From the NCBI GenBank assembly GCA_000182565.2, contig KQ257462.1: DNA of 64,000 bases; one strand, 5' to 3'. The first letter of the stretch is position 1; each line of letters begins with the position of its first letter. This DNA is from Spizellomyces punctatus DAOM BR117 (taxonomy: Eukaryota). The translations under genes and the position numbers were made by a program. Positions 60,874 to 64,000 of this stretch are shown in pieces. The notes beneath the pieces were generated by a model, which saw only the letters and a list, made by a program, of their open reading frames with translations, had not been told where the DNA came from and searched no databases.

Positions 60874-62509
60874 ATGTCACTCATCTGCTCCAGGCTGCTA
60901 CTTCGTCCTTGCCCGGCTAGAGTGGCAGGACGTATTCCCTTGTGCCGCTCTCCAGTCACCAATGCCATCAAACCGGTAGTTCAGCGTCGCAACTACGGCA
61001 TTCTAGACAAAATTTTGGGTGAAAACGATGAGAATACAAAGGGAGAGAAAAAGAGCGAGGAGCAGAAAACAGATTCTTTCCTACGAGATGATGATAAATG
61101 TCTGAGCCCCTTCAAAGTGGTTTTCATAGGCGCCGGCGGTATCAACTTTGGTAGTGTATCCGGACCATGGGGCGAGTCTACTCAATCTGAGAGATTTGAG
61201 CGGTACGTATGAAATTTGGATCTAAAAACAAATGTCAGTCGGTCATATATTCTTCTATATAGAGTTCTAGGGCCGCGCATGAAAGTTCCCGCCATCATTG
61301 ACCCGAATGCTACGTTGCTACGCACAACGGTGGAGAACAAGCAAGATCCAGAGAACCGCTTCCACAGCGCCTACAAAGACACAGCGGAATTTCGTAGCCT
61401 CGACGAATATTTAGCCAGCAAACCAGAAAAACCACATGTTATTGTCTTTGGTCTTCCTCCGTACCAACGACAAAAATTGGTGCGGGATGGTGATCCAGAG
61501 ATTAAGATTGCGGATGCGTTTCCTGGAATCGGGTTGATGATTGAGAAACCGGTTGCAGCGGTAGAGGATCATGAAAAGTTAAAGAAGATTGGAAGCAAAT
61601 TTCAGGAGAAAAATCTTATTGTTAGCGTAGGATATATCTTGAGGTATCTGAGAGGTAACCACCATTACTTGCTTTCAAAGTTTAATATCGCAAATATTTC
61701 CTCATTCGCAACTAATTTGGCCTACAGCGGTGCAAAGGATAAAGGAAGCCATCGCTCAGATGCCTAATCCCGTAATGGCCACTCATGCTCGACTCTCGAG
61801 CAGCTACGTAACCGAAACTCGTCCCTGGACTTGGCGCAAAAGCGCTGGTGGCGGACCCATCATTGAAGAAGGGACCCAAATATGCGATCTGAGCCGATAC
61901 CTGTCGAACCGGGAAGTTAATTTGAATGACATTGATGCCCGTGCTGTCGAGTGGTGGGAGGAGGCTGGGAAACTAGCCTTGATGCCTGTTGATGAGAATC
62001 TGATTCCTGAGGATGAAAGGATCCCAAGGGTTACCGGGGCTCTCTGGTATTTGCTTTGTCTTCTCGATATTGCCCACGGTCGATAGTTGCTTAATCCGTC
62101 AGGATAGGAAATACACCTCAGGCGCCGTTGGCACTCTCTTGCACACTATAAATCTTCAAACTCCGTCTCCGTATCCAGACACAGATGTCGAAGTTCATGC
62201 GGACGGATATCTCTTCAAAATTCTGGACCTTTATCACGCACCGACGTTGCTTACTCGTGCCGGGGATCATGATCCGTTGGTTCTTCAGGTAGGCGCAACT
62301 TGGGTATGTAGTCTTAAGCGGCTGATCTGATCCCGATGTTCGTCGATGCATAGTACCAGAATGATGACCCTTATCTGCGCGAGGTGGCCGCGGTTGTCGA
62401 TGCCGTCGAGGGAAGGGGCAAAGGCAAGGAGGAAATCCTATGTGATTGGAATGATGCAGTGGAAACCTATTTGCTCAGTTGGGCGATTAGGAACGCTTCT
62501 GAGGAGTAG
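60874..62509 (+). CDS. Gfo/Idh/MocA-family NAD(P)-dependent oxidoreductase, fungal type, with a mitochondrial-like presequence
   Basis: Rossmann motif KVVFIGAGGINFG, IEKPV, VSVGYILRYL, WRKSAGGGPIIEEGTQICDLSRYL, IPEDERIPRVT. Multi-exon; stop TAG at 62507-62509. Confidence 0.88.
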
Positions 62510-63019
62510 CTTGTATAGCGCTATCCTTTGGTCACTGCTTTGCATCTAAATATCTGGCACGATCTTGAATTTCGCAATCACATTTTTGATCACGTAATAA
62601 CTCCCGATCATAATGAAAAAACCCAGTAGTTTAGACAATTTCTGGAGGGCAGAGCTTGTTTAAAGGCCGATATCAAACCAAAAACTTTCTCCAACAACCA
62701 CGGTAGTGGTCCCTGAGCGGTCAGAAGAGCTTCAGCTGAAGCCAGGGGCTCCACTGACGTGACAAGCCAATTGTACTTGAGCCCCATTGAGTCAGTATGC
62801 ACTCAGCAATCGTGCTGTCGTGAAGGATGAGCTCGTTAGGTAATGAAAAGGTACAAAGAACCTCCCAGAAAGAGTTTCATTCTGTAAATACGGACATTGT
62901 CATAAAACCCCGTCGAGCAGCAACAACAAGTGATTAATTTTCGCATCGCTCCTGTCTACTTTGGCTGTTCACTACCTATAGTCTCTGCTTCACGAAATCT
63001 GCTTAGAAACATAGCCATC

Positions 63020-64000
63020 ATGGCCACAACCCAAACTGCACCTCAGACAGCTCCTACCGCGCCCACCAGCCTAAAAAGTCTTCCCTGGCCTTTCCCTATC
63101 GACTTCCTCAGAAACCATACCATTGATGAGATTCTTGAAGATCGCATGGTGGCTCGTGCCAATTCAGCAGCCAACTATGAGCTGGCAGAAGTTAATGAGA
63201 ATGCAACCGTTGCGCAGGTATTGTCTATCTCCGGTCAAGTACACAGTTTGAAATTTGGTCTTGTCTGATTGAAACCGCCTTGTTACATATTGCAACATTG
63301 CATAGGCATTTGACAAACTCCGCGCAGACGATGTCACCGCCCTTCCCTGTTTTCGCGAGGAAGGTGGCAAAAAAGAGTACACCAATATGATCAATATTCT
63401 CTCCCTGGCCGCTTATACTATCTTTATGGTGATCAATAACTCTTTTAGCACATGTTGCAGCCAACCACGAAATGACTGTTTTCTTTTGGATGGTTGATAG
63501 ACTCTCTGGGACGAATTGGAGGATAGAGATTTCCGCAAGGCAGAGAGCGAAGCGGAACGAGACGAGCGACGTGCCCGCATGGTCAAGGAGCACATGGACA
63601 ACTACTTTACGGTAATAGAAGCCTTTGGATTGATGTCATTACGGTTGCTTATCATGTCGCCTATTCTCCCCAATATAGCGGCCTGTAAAAGATGTGATTG
63701 GCTTTCATGCCGAGTCCTTTAAACTCCATTCGCTTCCCCGTACAGCCAGCGTCCTCGATCTAGTCAACATAATGAAGGACGGAGTTCACCATGTCCTGAT
63801 TCCGCCGCAAGGTGACCAAGAAGCGGATATCGTCAGTCAGGGTGATCTGGTGAGGTGGTTAACCAGCGAAAAACATGACGATTTGAGTTTGAGGCAGCTG
63901 TGGCAGATTGGAGTGGATACTGCTACAACGTATGCGTTGAAGGTATGAGTCGAAAATGGGCTACGTTGACATCACCGGTTTTCCTGTTCTCACAATCCAA
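63020..64000 (+). CDS. CBS-domain protein (Sds23/AMPK-gamma-like), 3'-partial
   Basis: Spliced CBS motifs VNENATVAQAFDKLRADDVTALPVF and LPRTASVLDLVNIMKDGVHHVLI..IVSQGDLVRWL. Confidence 0.75.

Overview
This is eukaryotic, intron-rich fungal DNA (introns mostly 50-75 nt, GT-AG, plus at least one GC-AG). It is most likely from a zoosporic/chytrid-type fungus, inferred from an axonemal-dynein-like gene alongside fungal Pcl cyclin, Tgl lipase and Cid13/CutA families. About 18 protein-coding genes are supported: a WD40 protein, cytochrome c1, an arrestin-SH3 protein with internal repeats, a Cid13/CutA-like nucleotidyltransferase, LIM-RapGAP, an alkyltransferase-like protein, pyruvate kinase, a patatin lipase, a PPR protein, a giant chimera, an M14 carboxypeptidase (cut by a 100-N gap), a Pcl cyclin, a rhomboid protease, several small or hypothetical genes, a Gfo/Idh/MocA oxidoreductase and a CBS protein. 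The stand-out is on the minus strand at 27481-47687. The separate ORFs there splice in frame through 12 short introns into one ~6,480-aa protein: a degenerate axonemal-type dynein heavy chain with a non-canonical AAA1 Walker B, apparently repeated stalk/microtubule-binding modules and an inserted F-box, fused to a TEP1/NWD-like DUF4062-NACHT-WD40 (STAND) module. No rRNA, tRNA, CRISPR or clear transposon was recognised. All family calls come from motif recognition by eye, not database searches.
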